The notes under the pieces are model-generated. The model was not told where the DNA came from. It saw nothing but the letters and a program-made list of their open reading frames with translations, and did no database searches. The translations under genes were made by a program, and so were the position numbers. From Lama glama (taxonomy: Eukaryota), in the NCBI GenBank assembly GCA_028534125.1, contig CM052819.1:18042001-18106000 (forward strand): 64,000 nt of DNA, given 5' to 3'. Positions 11,118-24,750 of the stretch are shown here, piece after piece (the stretch's first letter is position 1; every line of letters begins with the position of its first letter).

Positions 11118-13479
11118 GTAGGTGTGTGTGGGGCCTCAGATTCTGCATTTCTAACAAGCTCTCAGGTGATGTGGATGCTGCTGGCCTTTGGACCACATTT
11201 TGAGTATCAGGGAACTAAAGTCAAAGGTCCCAGGTCCTGCTTTAGGACAGAGAGGGGGTGCTCAATGATAATGGAATGACACAGCTAATCATATTAATAA
11301 AGCTTGTTCAGGAATGATGCTGATGAGAATAACAGCACTGCACCTTATTTTATACATAAGATATCATCAAAGAAAGTACAAAGACATGACCAGATTACCA
11401 CAGTCAATTCTTTAACAAATGACTCTAAGTGAAACTTCCTTAAACAGTATCTTTCAGATACCTGGACCTCTTCTAAGACATGTGAAATTCGCCAGATGAA
11501 ATGCTTCATGCTTTCAAATCTAAAAGTCTATTTCCAAAGACCCCTTCTCCAGAACAGTATAAAAAATCCATTTTCAACTGATGCAAAGAGACAAAACCAT
11601 AGCACCATATGACAAAAATAATCTTAGCACATAGAGGGGAAAGAATACTCTGCCTGAATCTCCAAATATGTACTACCTGAAGGGATGTACAACTTCAAAA
11701 AAGATGAAGAATCAGGCCATTTTGCCATCATTTAATTTGGGACTGTTGATAAGCATCATCAGCCAGGAGAAAGGAGGACTGACTTTACAAAACAGCTTTA
11801 CAAACAAGCGGAAAAGAAAGAGAAAAGAGAATGCCTGCCTAGTTGTATTATGACAATTTCCTACAAATGAGGCAAGTTAATACTGGGCTCAGGAATACCA
11901 TTTTTCTCTAGTGATATGTCAGTGGTTCTCAGAACTACTTTCAATTTCTGTGCCTTTATTTTCCTTGAGTAAGAATTGGGTTCATTTGGATGTGAGGTCA
12001 GGCCACTGTGCTCTCTGATGGTATTACCTCAAAGAAAAACTTTAGAGGCTTCAACTGTAAATAGTGTGATGTCCTGTCATTTCTTTTGACTGAAAAGTGG
12101 TAGGCATAAAAATAGTTACCCAATCTTCCATGGCTTTAACTTGGGAGAACACTTTCTGGGACACTGCACAGACATTCTCAGGTTGGTGGACCAACCTGAG
12201 GTCTCCACATTGTAAGTATCTCTAAGAGTAGAATGGTAGGTTAGCCTCTCAGTCCTTTGTCACACAGCCTCAAAGAAAGTTTGATCAAAATCAGCTGCCA
12301 ATATTCAAAGTCCCCACTTCATTCACAGTTTAAACCTTCTCACCAAGACTAAGTTAATATGGCACAAATCAGTGGTAAAGAAGTAAGCAAATATACTTTG
12401 CCTGAAACTATTTTTCTGCATCAAAGGGAAAATCAAGCTGGCCTAAGGAGAGGCACAGAATAGAAGAGTCTTTCCAGGATGCTTCACCACCTGGCTCTTT
12501 TTCTTCCCCAAGCAATTATTATCATTGACCTGCTGCTTTTCTAGAAGCTATGCAGGAAGACTGACTTGGATGGAATCCAGAATGTTTGTTACCAGATTTG
12601 TTTGAAAGAGTTATCTGCATATTAAGAGATCTTGACCAGCGATTCTTTTCTTTGATTCCCAAAATTTAGAGTTCTCAGTGATGTGTGGCTGGGGTTCTGA
12701 GATGCAGCAGCAGGAGGGAAGGACAAAGAAAACATAAACTGAGCTGTATTTAACAGTAATTGAGCTACAACTGTGACGTTGTGTTTAATTACTTTAGGAA
12801 CAGGTCTCTTGAGAAGCTCACTTGTTCCCTAAGTAGGACGTTTGAGTTGGATAATGAGGCTGGATTGAGGAAACGCTGACCTTGCTTGCTTCTCTCTGCC
12901 CCCGCCCTCCATTCTCAATCTCCTAGGACACTCCCTCTGAACTGTAGCAGAGGAGAGGGCTGGAGAGGACAGAGTTTTCTCTCTCATTCTGGAGCTTTGC
13001 TGGACATTCCTGGGATCAGCCTATATTAAACATATATATATATAGTTTGTTTGTCACCTTGATATGCCAACTGCAGACCTGGACTGGTGACACACGAGTC
13101 TGGGTGAACAGGGGCATATTCAGATTTGTAATGAGTACAGCGCCTCATAAAGTGCCTTGCCCATCTCAGGCACCTCAAACTGTATATACTTGAAATTGAA
13201 CTTCATGTCTTCCCTCCCAAGCTTATTCTTCCTTCTCCATTTTGTCTTACTAATAGTATCACCTTCACCTAATTATCCAATCTCCAACTATCACTCCTCG
13301 TTGACTCCTTTTACCTCCAATTTTCTGCTTTCAGATGCCAGGATCATTTCACTTCCAGAACAGCTTCTCAATCCAGCTGTTCTTTTCGATCCTGCTGCTT
13401 TGGTATTTCAGGCCTTTATCAATTTGCTTCAGAATTATTTCCACTCTTATCCTGGGGCATTTCTGTCAGAATTGTCTTT

Positions 13480-14700
13480 TTTTTTTTTTTTGCACTTTAT
13501 TATTCCTTTTCTAATTTCTTAAGTTGAATAGGTAAGTTTCATTTATTTCCAGTTTCTTTACCTTCCTTTAAATTTTTCTACTAAACATACTAAAAGCATT
13601 CAAAGCTTTACATTTTCCTCTGAATACAGTTTTAGCTGTGTCTTACACTGTTTAGTATGAAATGTTTTCTTTTTTGTTACTCTCTAGATAATATCAAATT
13701 TTAGCTAGGATTTGTCTATTATGTCAAAGAATGCTTCTTAATTTGCAAATAATTACACTTGTTTTGGGTAATCATTTGTTTTGATTTACAACACAGTAGA
13801 CCCTTGAACAACGTAGTTTGAACTGCGCAGGTCCACTTCTATGCAGATTTTTTTCAGTAGTAAATACTACAGTACTGTACATTCCACATTTGTTGGAATC
13901 CCTGATGCAGAATTGTGTATATGGAGGAAACTTGAATATGGAGGGCAAACTATAAGTTATAGGGAGATTTTCAACCGTACTGAGGGTTGGTGCCCTAACC
14001 CTCATGTTGTTTAAGGGTCAACTGTAACTAGAGAATGGGGCCAATGACATTGCCTTCTTTTCCCTTTCAAATGAATGATACTTAGGCTAGATAAGATTTT
14101 AGGGTCATCATGGTCCTTTTTTTTTAATGTTTCATTTTTGATTTTAATGTTTTTATTAATGGTCCTCCTTTCTCTATATAGATGCTATTTCAGTGTCCTT
14201 TAGATTCTAATACTTCAGATGATGAGTAAGTCACATGTTCTTTCTATCAGAAGATTTTCTCTCTATCTTTGAAATGTGTAAATTTCACTACAGTATGTCT
14301 TAGCTTTTTATTGTTGTTGTTTTCCTCTCTTAATTCATCTTCTCTAGGACTCAATGGAGCTTTTAATATGAAGGACCAAGTATTTCTTCAGTAGGAAATC
14401 TTTTCTTCTCTTATTTGCTTATTGCTTTTCATGCACTTGTTCCTTCGTGTCCTCTGGTGTTCCCATTGTTAACATGGTGGGTCCTCTGGGTGTGTCTTCT
14501 CAGGCTCTTTTCTTATTCCATGTGCTTTCTACTTTAGGGACTAGTTCTCTCTGTCTTGAGATATTTCTTAAACTTGATCTCTCAAAGCACAAATTCTATT
14601 CTCAGCAGTGAACATTCATTTTTTTTCAGTTTGGCTACTGAACTTTTAAGATTCAGAAAGATCATTCTTGTTTCCAGAAAGCCTTTTCTGTGCTCTAATT
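13480..14700 (-). mobile_element. Highly diverged L1M fragments
   Basis: L1-like segments such as aagcattcaaagctttacattttcctctgaatacagttttagctgtgtc; T-rich plus strand. Confidence 0.6.
13794..14024. mobile_element. Tigger2a/MER8-type TcMar MITE
   Basis: Terminal inverted repeats CAGTAGACCCTTGAACAAC / GTTGTTTAAGGGTCAACTG, followed by TA. Confidence 0.9.
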
Positions 14701-17142
14701 ATATCTTATTCTAATTACTTTTATTAATGTCTCCTCTTTCTCTCTTCCATTAGTCCTACTATAAATGAAGTCGCCAGCTCTACTTGCTCAGCCTAGTCTT
14801 TCTCCCTCTGGCTATGGAGTCCGCTTAAGTAGGTTGTAATTTTTCATTACCTACTGATTTTGTGTGCTCCCTCAATACCTGTTTTGATCAGCCTGTTGGG
14901 GAATTCTACCAGTGATGGCAGAGTGGGGGGCAGGAGGCATGACAGTGCCCATTTTTGTGGGCTGTGGACACCAAGCAAGCAAACTGTTACCTTCTGCTGA
15001 GGTTCTGATTGAATCTTCTCTCAAGAGAACAGACGAGACCAATTCGGCCCAACAGGGAAGTCCTATGTAGGTCCAGGAGGGTGAGTATAAGTTGATGACC
15101 TCTTTGAATTCCACACCTGTAGTCAGGATAGATGTAGCTCCCCACAAAGGGGACAGGCAGACATCTGCCAGATGGGATTTCAGAGAGTCACAGAATCCAA
15201 GGTCTTCACTTTAAGGCTCCTGTGCTGCTGTTGGTCCCCAGGTCTTGTTGGCTGCCATGGAAGCAAGAGTCCCCATCATGCTCTCTCCTTGATGTGTCCT
15301 CTGGGCCCTGGCTCTAATCTCACTTTTATTGACTCTAGAGAAGGGCTTGAAAAGAACAGGGGACAAGGACCATACTTTCTCTCTGGCAGACACCTTCTCA
15401 GATTCCAAGTTATTCTCCTAAAATGTAGGTGTGATAATCCCAATATGTTCAACTGGGTCCCCATTTTCTAGAGCACAATGTCCAAACCCTGGGTCCTTCG
15501 AGCTGAACCCTCCATAGATTGGATGCACTGAACCCTATGCTTTCTGTCACACCTGACTCATCACTTTCTCCAGATCCATACAGTGTATTTTCCCTTCCAT
15601 GTCAGCGAACACTTTCCTTTATCTAGAAGTTCCACCACCTGCCCTGTTTCTGACTTTCGGCATCCTCCTCATTCTCTGATTCAGACACGACCTTTTACAG
15701 GAAGCCTCAGTTAGCATCTATTCCTCTGTCCTCAGTGCCTCTATTGCTCCTAGTTGTTTCTCAGCGGCAACACTTAATACAACCAGTGTTTTCTTAAATG
15801 ACCTGTGTACCTCTTTCCCTCTCCACCCCAGACCCTAAATAATATGAGGTGAGGTTCCAGGTCTGTTTTATATTATCTCTTCACACAGTGTCTTCCATAA
15901 AATGGATGCCCAATATTTGTTAATGTTGAATTGACAATAGAAAACAATTAAACTGGACATTGGTGGCCCCACCCTGAGCTTTTCTTACTCTAGGTGGGAG
16001 ATGAAGCCATGTAGAGCTGCTGGAGTTGAACAGAGGAACTGATGTCCTCAGCATCAGCTTGCAGACTTTCATCTTCAGAAAAGGCTTCTGTATCCCATGG
16101 GAAGGATGTCCTATTATTTTTTCCAACTCCGTGGCGGTGTTATTGTACAGAGATGTGGAGTAACAGCATTTGGGGTCAGTCATGGTCACTGAATTTCCCA
16201 CAGAACCTCTCCTACGTGGCCTGATGGTGTGCAGGTTAGTAAAACAGAAGATGGCCAGCTCAAACAACACCCATCCCAGACCAGAAGTTTGTGCTTTTCA
16301 GAAGACCTGTTATGTGTGAGTCATTAAAAAGATAAGCTCTGAGGAGGAAATACCACTGACATTTCAAGAAGTTTGACAAGATGCATCATGTTAAGAAGTA
16401 GAAAGATTGGTCCAGCATGGTGCAGTCCTACAGAATGCACAAGAAGAGCTGGGAGGGGCCTTTTCAAAGGCAACTCATTGTAATGAAGCAAGACTCACTC
16501 TGCTCACACCTGATTACAGACTCTCACCTAGTAGAGAGAAGCTGGGCCCAGGGCAGGGGAGTGGGACCTACTGTGCAGAGTTGTTGTGTGGGAGGAGGGG
16601 AGGCTGTGGAGGGAAGGATGAGCCACTACTTTCTAGAGAATTCTTCACCTGTCACCAGACCTCTGTGCGACTTGAGAATGAGCAAAGATAATGCTATTGG
16701 ATAAGCAATAGCCTAAGCTGGACTAGTCTTGAAGTAGCTGTTCTCATGGTGTCATTTTCTTGCTCTTGCTCTGAAAGCCATGTTGAAGGTACTCAAGTGC
16801 AGAGACCTGTATCATCAGCTGAGTGAGTGTGTGCATGTGTGTGTGTTTATTGTAAAGATCTATTAGCAGCAGCAATTCCTGGAAAGGAGCCTACTGCCCC
16901 CTTTAAGAATCCCATTAAGCATGCTGTCGCTCTAAATGGACCATTTAAAGGCAAGGTCCAGTGCCTTACCCCAGGCCAGACACAGAGCAGGCTCTTGAAA
17001 AATGTGCTGAAAGTAGAACAGTCAGTATTCAGTGGAAAGATAGAAACTCAGTCTGTTCATTTCCTTCCTTTTGGCCTTCACACCATTTGATTATATAATT
17101 GCATTCCAAATCTTCCTTTCCTCTTCACACCTCCTCCAAGAC

Positions 17143-17445
17143 TATATGTGTATAGATGTGTGTGTTTGTATATGTACATGTGTTTAATGTGTATGTGTGT
17201 ATGTGCTTATGTGGGCCCAGTTTTACATGCCTTTATGTATGTGTGTATATCTGTATACATGTCTGTGTGTATGTCAGTATATTTTTGTGTGGGAGTGTGT
17301 GTGTAAATCTATACATATGTGTGTATGTGTATATATTTGTGTATATATATATATCTGCATGTGTATGTATATGTGTTGATATGTGTATATATGTGTGTAT
17401 GTACACATTTACTATATATAATTTAAATATATATTTTATAAATTA
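17143..17445. repeat. Degenerate (TG/TA)n low-complexity tract
   Basis: Directly visible; it explains the spurious C/V/Y-rich ORFs. Confidence 0.95.
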
Positions 17446-17875
17446 AAAAATCAGATACCCACAACAGCTTAATGATCAAGCCATTCCTTCATAAAAGCTA
17501 GATTGAAAAGAGTCTAAATGCCATCTTGCTTGGGTTTTTTTCCTGATTCTTATAGCACTGCTGTAGGAGGAAGGGGAAAGGGTAAAGAAGAGACAGTTAT
17601 TTTAGTGGAAGGGGTAGAGGAGAACATTTTGAGATGCTGATACTAGCCCTCCACTCTAAAGGGAGACATTGATGGTATAGGAAAGGAGAGGGGAGCTGAG
17701 GGATGGAAGATCTGAGACATGAGCAAGGGTAGACTTCAGAGCTCAGGGGAGAGGGTGCCTTAGATAGAAGAAGCAAGTCTTCTACTGGGTTAGGAGGCTC
17801 TTTCCAAGCTGGGCCACCCTGTTTCACTGCTCCCAGGGCAGTAGAACCTGTGGCAGAAGGCTCTGAAATACTCCT

Positions 17876-18827
17876 TGTTATGCAATGAACTGTGTCCCCT
17901 AAAATTCATATGTTGAATCCCCAACTCCCAATGTATTTGGAGATAAAGCTTTCAGGAGGTGATTAAGGTTAAATAAGGATGTAAGGGTGAGGTCCTAATC
18001 CCACAGGATTAGTGGCATTATAGAAAGAGGAAAAGCTGTTTGGTGCCTTGTGAATAAACACTCTCTTTACTGCGAACGCTCTGAATCTCAGGGTTTAGGC
18101 TTGCTGCCTGTTAGACAAAACAGACCTGATTCAGTGACAATGTGTTCTGAAAAAAAAAAGGGGGGAATAAAATAAGCAATACAGGATGCACAGAACGCAT
18201 CTGTGACCCTACAACCCAGAAAGAACCACTTAGGACTCCTGCATTGCACAGCTCTGGGGCTGCCTTTCACACAGAAAACAACACGAGTCATGGAACATGG
18301 AGGTCTTGACCTCTATTCATATTTTTGTGAATATCTTCCAAATACATCTATCCTTCAAATTGAATAGACGGCACATACTGTCTTAGAAACTGAATTTTTT
18401 CACTGAAAGATATAATCATGAATACTTTGTTTTTAATATTTCTAATCAATCATCTTATTTTTAATCACAGCAGAGTGGTCTGTTTTGTGGATTTATTATA
18501 ATTTAAGAAGTCCTATATTATTTGATAATTCGGATACGTAGTTTGGAATACATAAATATTATGGTAAACAACTTAGCAGCTGTCAACCAAAAGAAGAGGA
18601 AGAGAGAGAAAGATCTGTCTCCCACTGCACACTATGAAGAAAGGCCCCGTGAGGACATAGAAAATGCTCATGTGCAAGGTAGGGAGAGGGTCCTCACTAG
18701 GAACTGAATCTGCTGGGACCTTGATCTTGAACTTCTCAGTCTCCAGAACTGTGAGAAATACATTTCTATTGTTTAGGCAACTCAGTTTCTGGGTATTTTG
18801 TTATGGTAGACTGAGCGGAATGAGACA
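17876..18827 (+). mobile_element. MLT1A-type MaLR solo LTR interrupted by a 555-bp insert (18036-18590)
   Basis: TG...CA ends with a perfect 5-bp TSD CTCCT (17871-17875, 18828-18832). Both halves match MLT1A motifs. Confidence 0.92.
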
Positions 18828-19189
18828 CTCCTCGAGGACTCTCCTCAACCTGTGCAAGGGTAGCCTCCAAGGCCCAGAGGGACTCTAACTTTGGGGAAAG
18901 CACATCTTTGCTTTATGTGATGGTCACAGAGGCTGGGACAATGGGAGACCCTCAGAGGAAGGAGCATCAGGGTTCTGCAGTCTTACCCTCCAGGGCAAGC
19001 AATTTCATTACATGCATTTCTTGTGGTCCCCATAGCATTCTATCTGGTTAATTCCTACTCAGTACCTCAAGAAGGAAGCAGACCCAACAGGAGGGTCTGC
19101 TCTGAGCACCAAAAGGTTGACATAAGAATTCATGATTTATTACATCTTCTTCCCACAACTGCTACCCACACATCATGGTGAGGCTGTAC

Positions 19190-19400
19190 CGGTTTAAGAA
19201 CTCAGTCTCTGGAGCCAGATGCCTGGGTTCATCGCTTACTGGTGTTGTGACCTAGGGCAGGTTGCTTAACCTCTCTGTGCCTTTGTTTTCTCATCTGTAA
19301 TGTGGGGATAATAATACCATCCACCTTGTAGGCTTATTGTGGAGAATCAAGAGAGTCAATATATGTAAAAAATCTTGGCATGTGGTAAATACTCAGCTTT
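19190..19400 (+). mobile_element. MIR SINE
   Basis: Core sequence gtgacctagggcaggttgcttaacctctctgtgcctttgttttctcatctgtaatgtggggataata. Confidence 0.9.
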
Positions 19401-19559
19401 GGCTCTTATTACCTGTGCTGCTCCTCTCCCTTGAGTTCATTAGCAGGGACCCACGGCAGTTCTTGGAGCAGAAGCATGGGCAGCTCGGGCCTAGGCACCT
19501 GCTTCTAGAGGAAATGCTCTTGACTGTGTCGGGAGGAGAAGACAGGAGCAAGTGAAGTT

Positions 19560-19830
19560 GCAGTGGTGGGTTTGGTAGTGGAGGGTGAGGGGGTGTGAGC
19601 CTGCTGGTTTATGTTTCCTCAGTAAAGCATGAAGCAAGGTCATCAGCTGATGGGGAGTGTGGAGGAGGGGCTGTGGGAGGCTTGCAAGGGATGGAGAAGG
19701 AATGAATTAGATGCCTAAGAGAGGGGGAAAATGAATTTTCTAGAGAAACCTAGCGAGCTTGCTGAACAATATTGAGTGCCAATTTGAATCTTGAGATCAT
19801 GAATTTAAAGTGAAAACAGAGGCTTGATTG
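19560..19830 (-). mobile_element. L2 fragment
   Basis: Similar to the L2 segment at about 41200-41350 (aaggtcatcag...gagaagg.atgaat). Confidence 0.6.
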
Positions 19831-20219
19831 TGTGCATTTCTTCCAACATCCAGCGGCCCGAGGTGCTGGAGGGAGAAGGCGGGGAGCTGCTTTCTGATCG
19901 ATTGTCCTCATTTGCAGGGGTGCGTGTCCACTGTGCACAGCGAGTGTGCCAGTTGTTCTTCAGAACACATGATGTTAATGATGAAGGGAAATATATTAGA
20001 GTCTTCTCACCTGGTGCAACTTCATTTTCATTTCCTTGTCCCCTTCCCCGGAGACTACATGTGTAAATTACCAGTTTATGGTAATTTAATTTGTGGAATG
20101 CTTTGGACAAAGAACTCATTTTCTTAGTTTATGTGGCTTTAGGTACTGTATTTTCTTTTTATTACCCTATCAGGGTTTCAATCTCTGCCAAAGCAACAAG
20201 GGCACAAGATGACAACGGG

Positions 20220-20410
20220 ACTCATACTTACATAGCCCTTCCTATGTGCCAGGCACTGTTCTAAGCACCTTACGTATATGAACTCACTCATTTTTCACAA
20301 CAACCGCAGTTTACAGGTAGGGCACAGGGGGCTTTAGTAACTTGCATGAGGTCACACAGCATTAGTAAGTATCAGAGCCAGGATTCAACCCAGGCAGCCT
20401 TGCTTGGATT
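20220..20410 (-). mobile_element. MIR SINE
   Basis: tatgtgccaggcactgttctaagcac...aggtcacacagc...cagagccaggattcaacccaggcag. Confidence 0.88.
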
Positions 20411-20859
20411 CCATGCTGTATACACTCTCCTTGCATCCCCTGAACTCAGTCTAGCTGGGGATCAAATGCGCAGGAGAAGTACAACAAAGGACACAGGTAA
20501 ACCTGCAGAGACACAAGACCTTATGAAAAACAAGCTACGGAAAGAAAAAGAACAGGTCGATGATGCTGAATTTATTTCATTCTCAGTGGGAGCCTTTTTA
20601 GTCCCTGAGCAGATACCAACACTTCTGGTTGTGTTAGAGAAATACTCTGGCAATAAGATGCCAAGAACTCTAGTCATTGTGCCCTTGAATTTCCCAAACG
20701 TGGGGAATGGGGAGTTCTGAGAACTTGAGGTGATGTTCTGAGCTCACTGTTGGCAATTTTAATTTGTCACTTTGACCAAATGGAGCATGGTCAGAGTTCC
20801 ACAAATCAACTGGATAGGCTCACGTCCCAGGCATGTTTCTCATGACAAGTAATATGACA

Positions 20860-21760
20860 GTGGGCTGAACAGAAGGTAGGTCTGGGGCCCCTTGCACGCT
20901 GGATCCAATCTGGTCCCAGTCATTTCTTGGCTATGCAGACTTAGGGAAGACATTTGTTTTCCAAACTACAGTTTTCTCATCTATGAAATGTGCCTTCCTT
21001 GCAGGGATGTTGTAAAGATTAGCAATAAGTTTGTAAAGTTCTTGGTATAAGATGCAGTCAATCAACCCAGGCAATGATTATCTATTATTACACAGAGTTA
21101 AACGGCTATGGTAAAAATTTTCTTAAATACATCCTTTATTGCTGGAGCAGTCATCTCTTCCTCCTTGTTCTGTCGCAACTTGGGAATATTCAGAGAGGGT
21201 GAAAACGCCACTTACTACACTCAATTGTTATTTATACAAGGTCATCTCAGTGAACCATACTTAAGAAATTATATGATCATTTTAACTTGTGTTGGATTTT
21301 CTTTTACTCTTTATATAGGTATAATCATAGTTGTATTATTATTATTATTATCATCATTAATTTTTATTACTTAAGATTGTGGTGAAGAGAAAGGTGAGGG
21401 AATAATTGTTTATTAATTGTTTCTATCTACCAGGTCCTATGCCAAGCAGTTTTGCATATAGTTAAATATTACAACCACTTGGGAGATTGGTGGTAGCATT
21501 ATTTACATTTAGATGAAGAAACAAGCCTCAGAGAATATGAGTTACTTTTTCAAGTTGACACAGCCAGTGAGTATCAGAGATAGTTTGGCCCCAGGCCCTT
21601 TGCTCTGACCTCCATCCTTTGTGGCTTCCTGAAACAGGTATTATGGTCATAGTTATTTTACAGATGAAGAATGGCAAATCAGAGGAGTTAAGTGATTTGT
21701 TTAAGATCATACAGCTATTGAAGAGAAGGTCCAAGACTCAATCCTAATTTTCAGTCTAGT
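20860..21760. mobile_element. Cluster of MIR fragments
   Basis: MIR cores at about 20970 (cagttttctcatctatgaaatg), 21505 (ttagatgaagaaacaagcctcagaga) and 21655 (attttacagatgaagaa). Confidence 0.75.
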
Positions 21761-21824
21761 TTTCTTCCTCTCCCTTGAGCCCCAGTGGGGCAGACAATAT
21801 AGTAGAATGGTTAAGAGCACAGGC

Positions 21825-23240
21825 TGTTAGGTTTCTCACTCTCAGGGAAGGGAGTAACAAATATGGAAGGGAAAAATAGGGGGAAGGTATAGCTCAGTGG
21901 TGGAGTATGTGTTCAGCATGCATGAGGTCCTGGGTTCAATCCCCAGTACTTCCATTAAAAAAAAATGAGTAAACCTAATTACCTCCCTCCCCCAAAAGCT
22001 TAAATAATAATAATAAAATTTTAAAAAGATTCTTTGAAAAGACAGGGTAAAACTAGAATGGTGTTAGACTAGAATTGAAGGTACTGGTGTGAACTCATAT
22101 ATAAAGGTGTATGTTTCCACATGCAGATATAGAAATGAACCTAAACGTTAATCTCTCTTCACACACACACTCAGCTCCTAATTCTTTCCACCTAGAGGGC
22201 CAGCTTTGCAGCAGCAATGAGCACACCTAGCAACACATCTTGATTTCCAAATACCATTCTGAAAAACCAGGAGTCTTTGGAGAAATGGTTGGTGCCAGAG
22301 CTGGAACAGGGAAGGTACAAGATAAGCCTGGAAGATGTTATTGTGCCAATCAGCAAGGCAGTGCTCCAAAAATGCTGGGAAAATTCAAAAAGACAAAGCA
22401 GACAGGTTGAAGGGGCTCCCAATAGGCAAAGTGAAGACAATTGGAACATCAAAATAAATCACAGTAGTAATACATTATAATCCATTGAATAAATAGAAAA
22501 GCCTATGCTGATATTAGCAAATAAATGAATTTCTTGAAAGTTGATAAGAACTGGAATATTTACATAGCTTCAAAATACCACCCCACAAAGTACTTATTAA
22601 TTATGGGGGGTAAAAAGAATAACTTTACAGTGGAGAAACCAGGTTGACATCATCTTAATTAAATGATCAGAGTGAAGATTATGAGCAATGTGACAAGTCC
22701 AAATTCTGTGTCTCCTGATTGCACACAATGAAGAGACTTCAGCATCATTTCTGTGATATCCCTGCTAAAGATGCAAAAACTGAATCTACTTGAGAGGAAA
22801 TAGCAGATATTCCCAAAGGAAAGATCTCTACAAAAGATATGGCCAGTAATCTTCAAAGGTATCAAGGTCATAAAGGTTAAAAGATTGAGATAACTGTTCC
22901 AGATTAAATGACACCAATGAAATCTGACAAATAAATGCAACACATGACTTTGAATTACAGTCTTTTGCTTTAACAGCCATTAGTGGATGAACAGGTAAAA
23001 TGTGCATGGGGTATGAGGAATGGATGGAAGCAATGTTTTAAATGTAAAATTCCTGATCCTGGTGTTTGTGCTGTGGTTGTGTAGCAGAATATCTGGTTTA
23101 CTGGAATTACATGCTAATGTATTTCAAAGTAAAGATGTATCAGGTGAATGACTCACTCTTAAATGGTTCAGGAAAAAAAGGTCTTTGTGTTGTATTTGCA
23201 ACTATTTTTAAATTGGATTTTTTTCAAGATAAAAAGTTTT
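21825..23240 (+). mobile_element. L1MC/L1MD-type 3' UTR containing a Vic-1 SINE
   Basis: ggagaaatggttggtgccagagctgg...aactttacagtggagaaacc...aaataaatgcaacacatg. Confidence 0.8.
21879..22028 (+). mobile_element. Vic-1-type camelid tRNA-derived SINE
   Basis: GGGGGAAGGTATAGCTCAGTGG (A box 21890-21900), GGTTCAATCC (B box 21933-21942), tail taaacctaattacctccc, A-rich end. Confidence 0.88.
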
Positions 23241-23314
23241 CTCCCCCAGCAATAAAAATCTCAAAACAGAGACAATAAAAAAAGAAACACAGATGGTGCA
23301 GGCAGGGGTTCTAG

Positions 23315-23540
23315 TAAAGTGGTTAAAAACACTATTTAGGCTCTGGATTTGAATTCTGGCTTTGCCACTTACTAGCTGTGGGAATCTGGGGCTAAGTTAT
23401 CTAGGACTTATTTTCTTGGTCTGTAAAATGGGGATAATAAAAGCACCAACATAGGTTCCTTGTGGATTTGTGATTGGCAACCATAAAGTACTTAATATCG
23501 TGAGATCTATAATCAGTGCTTAATGTCACTGGTTGTTTTT
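23315..23540 (+). mobile_element. MIR SINE
   Basis: tttgaattctggctttgccacttactagctgtg...tctgtaaaatggggataataa. Confidence 0.85.
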
Positions 23541-24523
23541 ACTACACAGTAAGCAGTGACATGATTCTCTGTGATCCATTTCCCCTCAGGGCATATGCCA
23601 GGGGGAGAGATCTGGTGCACCCCGTCTGTCTTGTACAGCTAGAAATAGGATTAGCTAGCAAACATTTGCTATATGGTCAATCCTATTATTCAGGCAGATG
23701 GCTGTAGATTTCATAGACTGAGAAAGTTTAAAATAACACTGATATGTTTATCATCTTTGGATATACACTTTTTGATGCGGGGCCCAAAGGGGATTAGATT
23801 TTTTTAAACTATATATAATCATCCTATCAGGTCAAAATATTGTGTTAGGAATAATGTAAGCATTAGTATGAAGAAAAAGTGATTATCACATTGACAAGAT
23901 GTTTCTTACCCGATTTAAAAATATACATACAAGGTCTATTTTAAAGGATTAAAGTGTATCCACTAACAAGAGTGGCTAATTCAATTAAAAATGGAAATTA
24001 AAACACTGACATTAAAACAATGTTCTGATTGGAAAGGAAATGCAGATAGCAGTTTGATGTTGATTCTTTGAAATTATTCCTTTTCTGCCCTTTGGATACT
24101 TAATATCGAGCTGGAAAAATGCAATATGATGAGTCTGAGGGTGGGGAGTAAGGCTAATATTTTTCTAGTTATCTTTCAATACATATTTTGGGGGTCCATC
24201 TCTACTAATGAAATTCAGTTTTAAAAACGCTGAGTTCTTTTTCAGTTAGCTTTGCTTGACATGAGAGCAGATGGGCTCTGACAAAGCCTCTTTGCTCTCT
24301 CATTTGGCAGTCTTTTAAAATGTTACTTTAAAACATTTCAGAAGTTCACAATGACCATTGCTAACATAAGCAAATGGGCTCCGCCCTATCCTACAGAAAA
24401 GAGTGAAAACCTTCAACTGGGCTGAACATTGACCCCGGGATGCCCAGTTGGAATATACCCCTGTTTCAAATCAAAGAGCCACACTGGATTTTTTTTTTTC
24501 CTCTCAAAAGACAGAGAATTTTT

Positions 24524-24750
24524 NNNNNNNNNNNNNNNNNNNNNNNNNNNNNNNNNNNNNNNNNNNNNNNNNNNNNNNNNNNNNNNNNNNNNNNNNNNNN
24601 NNNNNNNNNNNNNNNNNNNNNNNNNNNNNNNNNNNNNNNNNNNNNNNNNNNNNNNNNNNNNNNNNNNNNNNNNNNNNNNNNNNNNNNNNNNNNNNNNNNN
24701 NNNNNNNNNNNNNNNNNNNNNNNNNNNNNNNNNNNNNNNNNNNNNNNNNN
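24524..24750. other. Assembly gap
   Basis: Run of N. Confidence 1.

Larger units (their letters stand above)
10665..11212. mobile_element. MER5-type hAT MITE split by the MLT1A
   Basis: Left half: catcatctaaggatcttgttaagatg. Right half: ggggcctcagattctgcatttctaacaagctctcaggtgatg...ggaccacattttgagta. Confidence 0.75.

Noticed and set aside
17143-17445. Cys/Val/Tyr-rich ORFs
   Set aside because: Translation of TG/TA low-complexity sequence.
19600-19750. Similarity to 41200-41350 suggesting a local duplication
   Set aside because: Better explained as two independent, diverged L2 copies.
21879-21954. Apparent tRNA gene
   Set aside because: It is the head of a SINE: degenerate stems followed by the SINE-specific tail.
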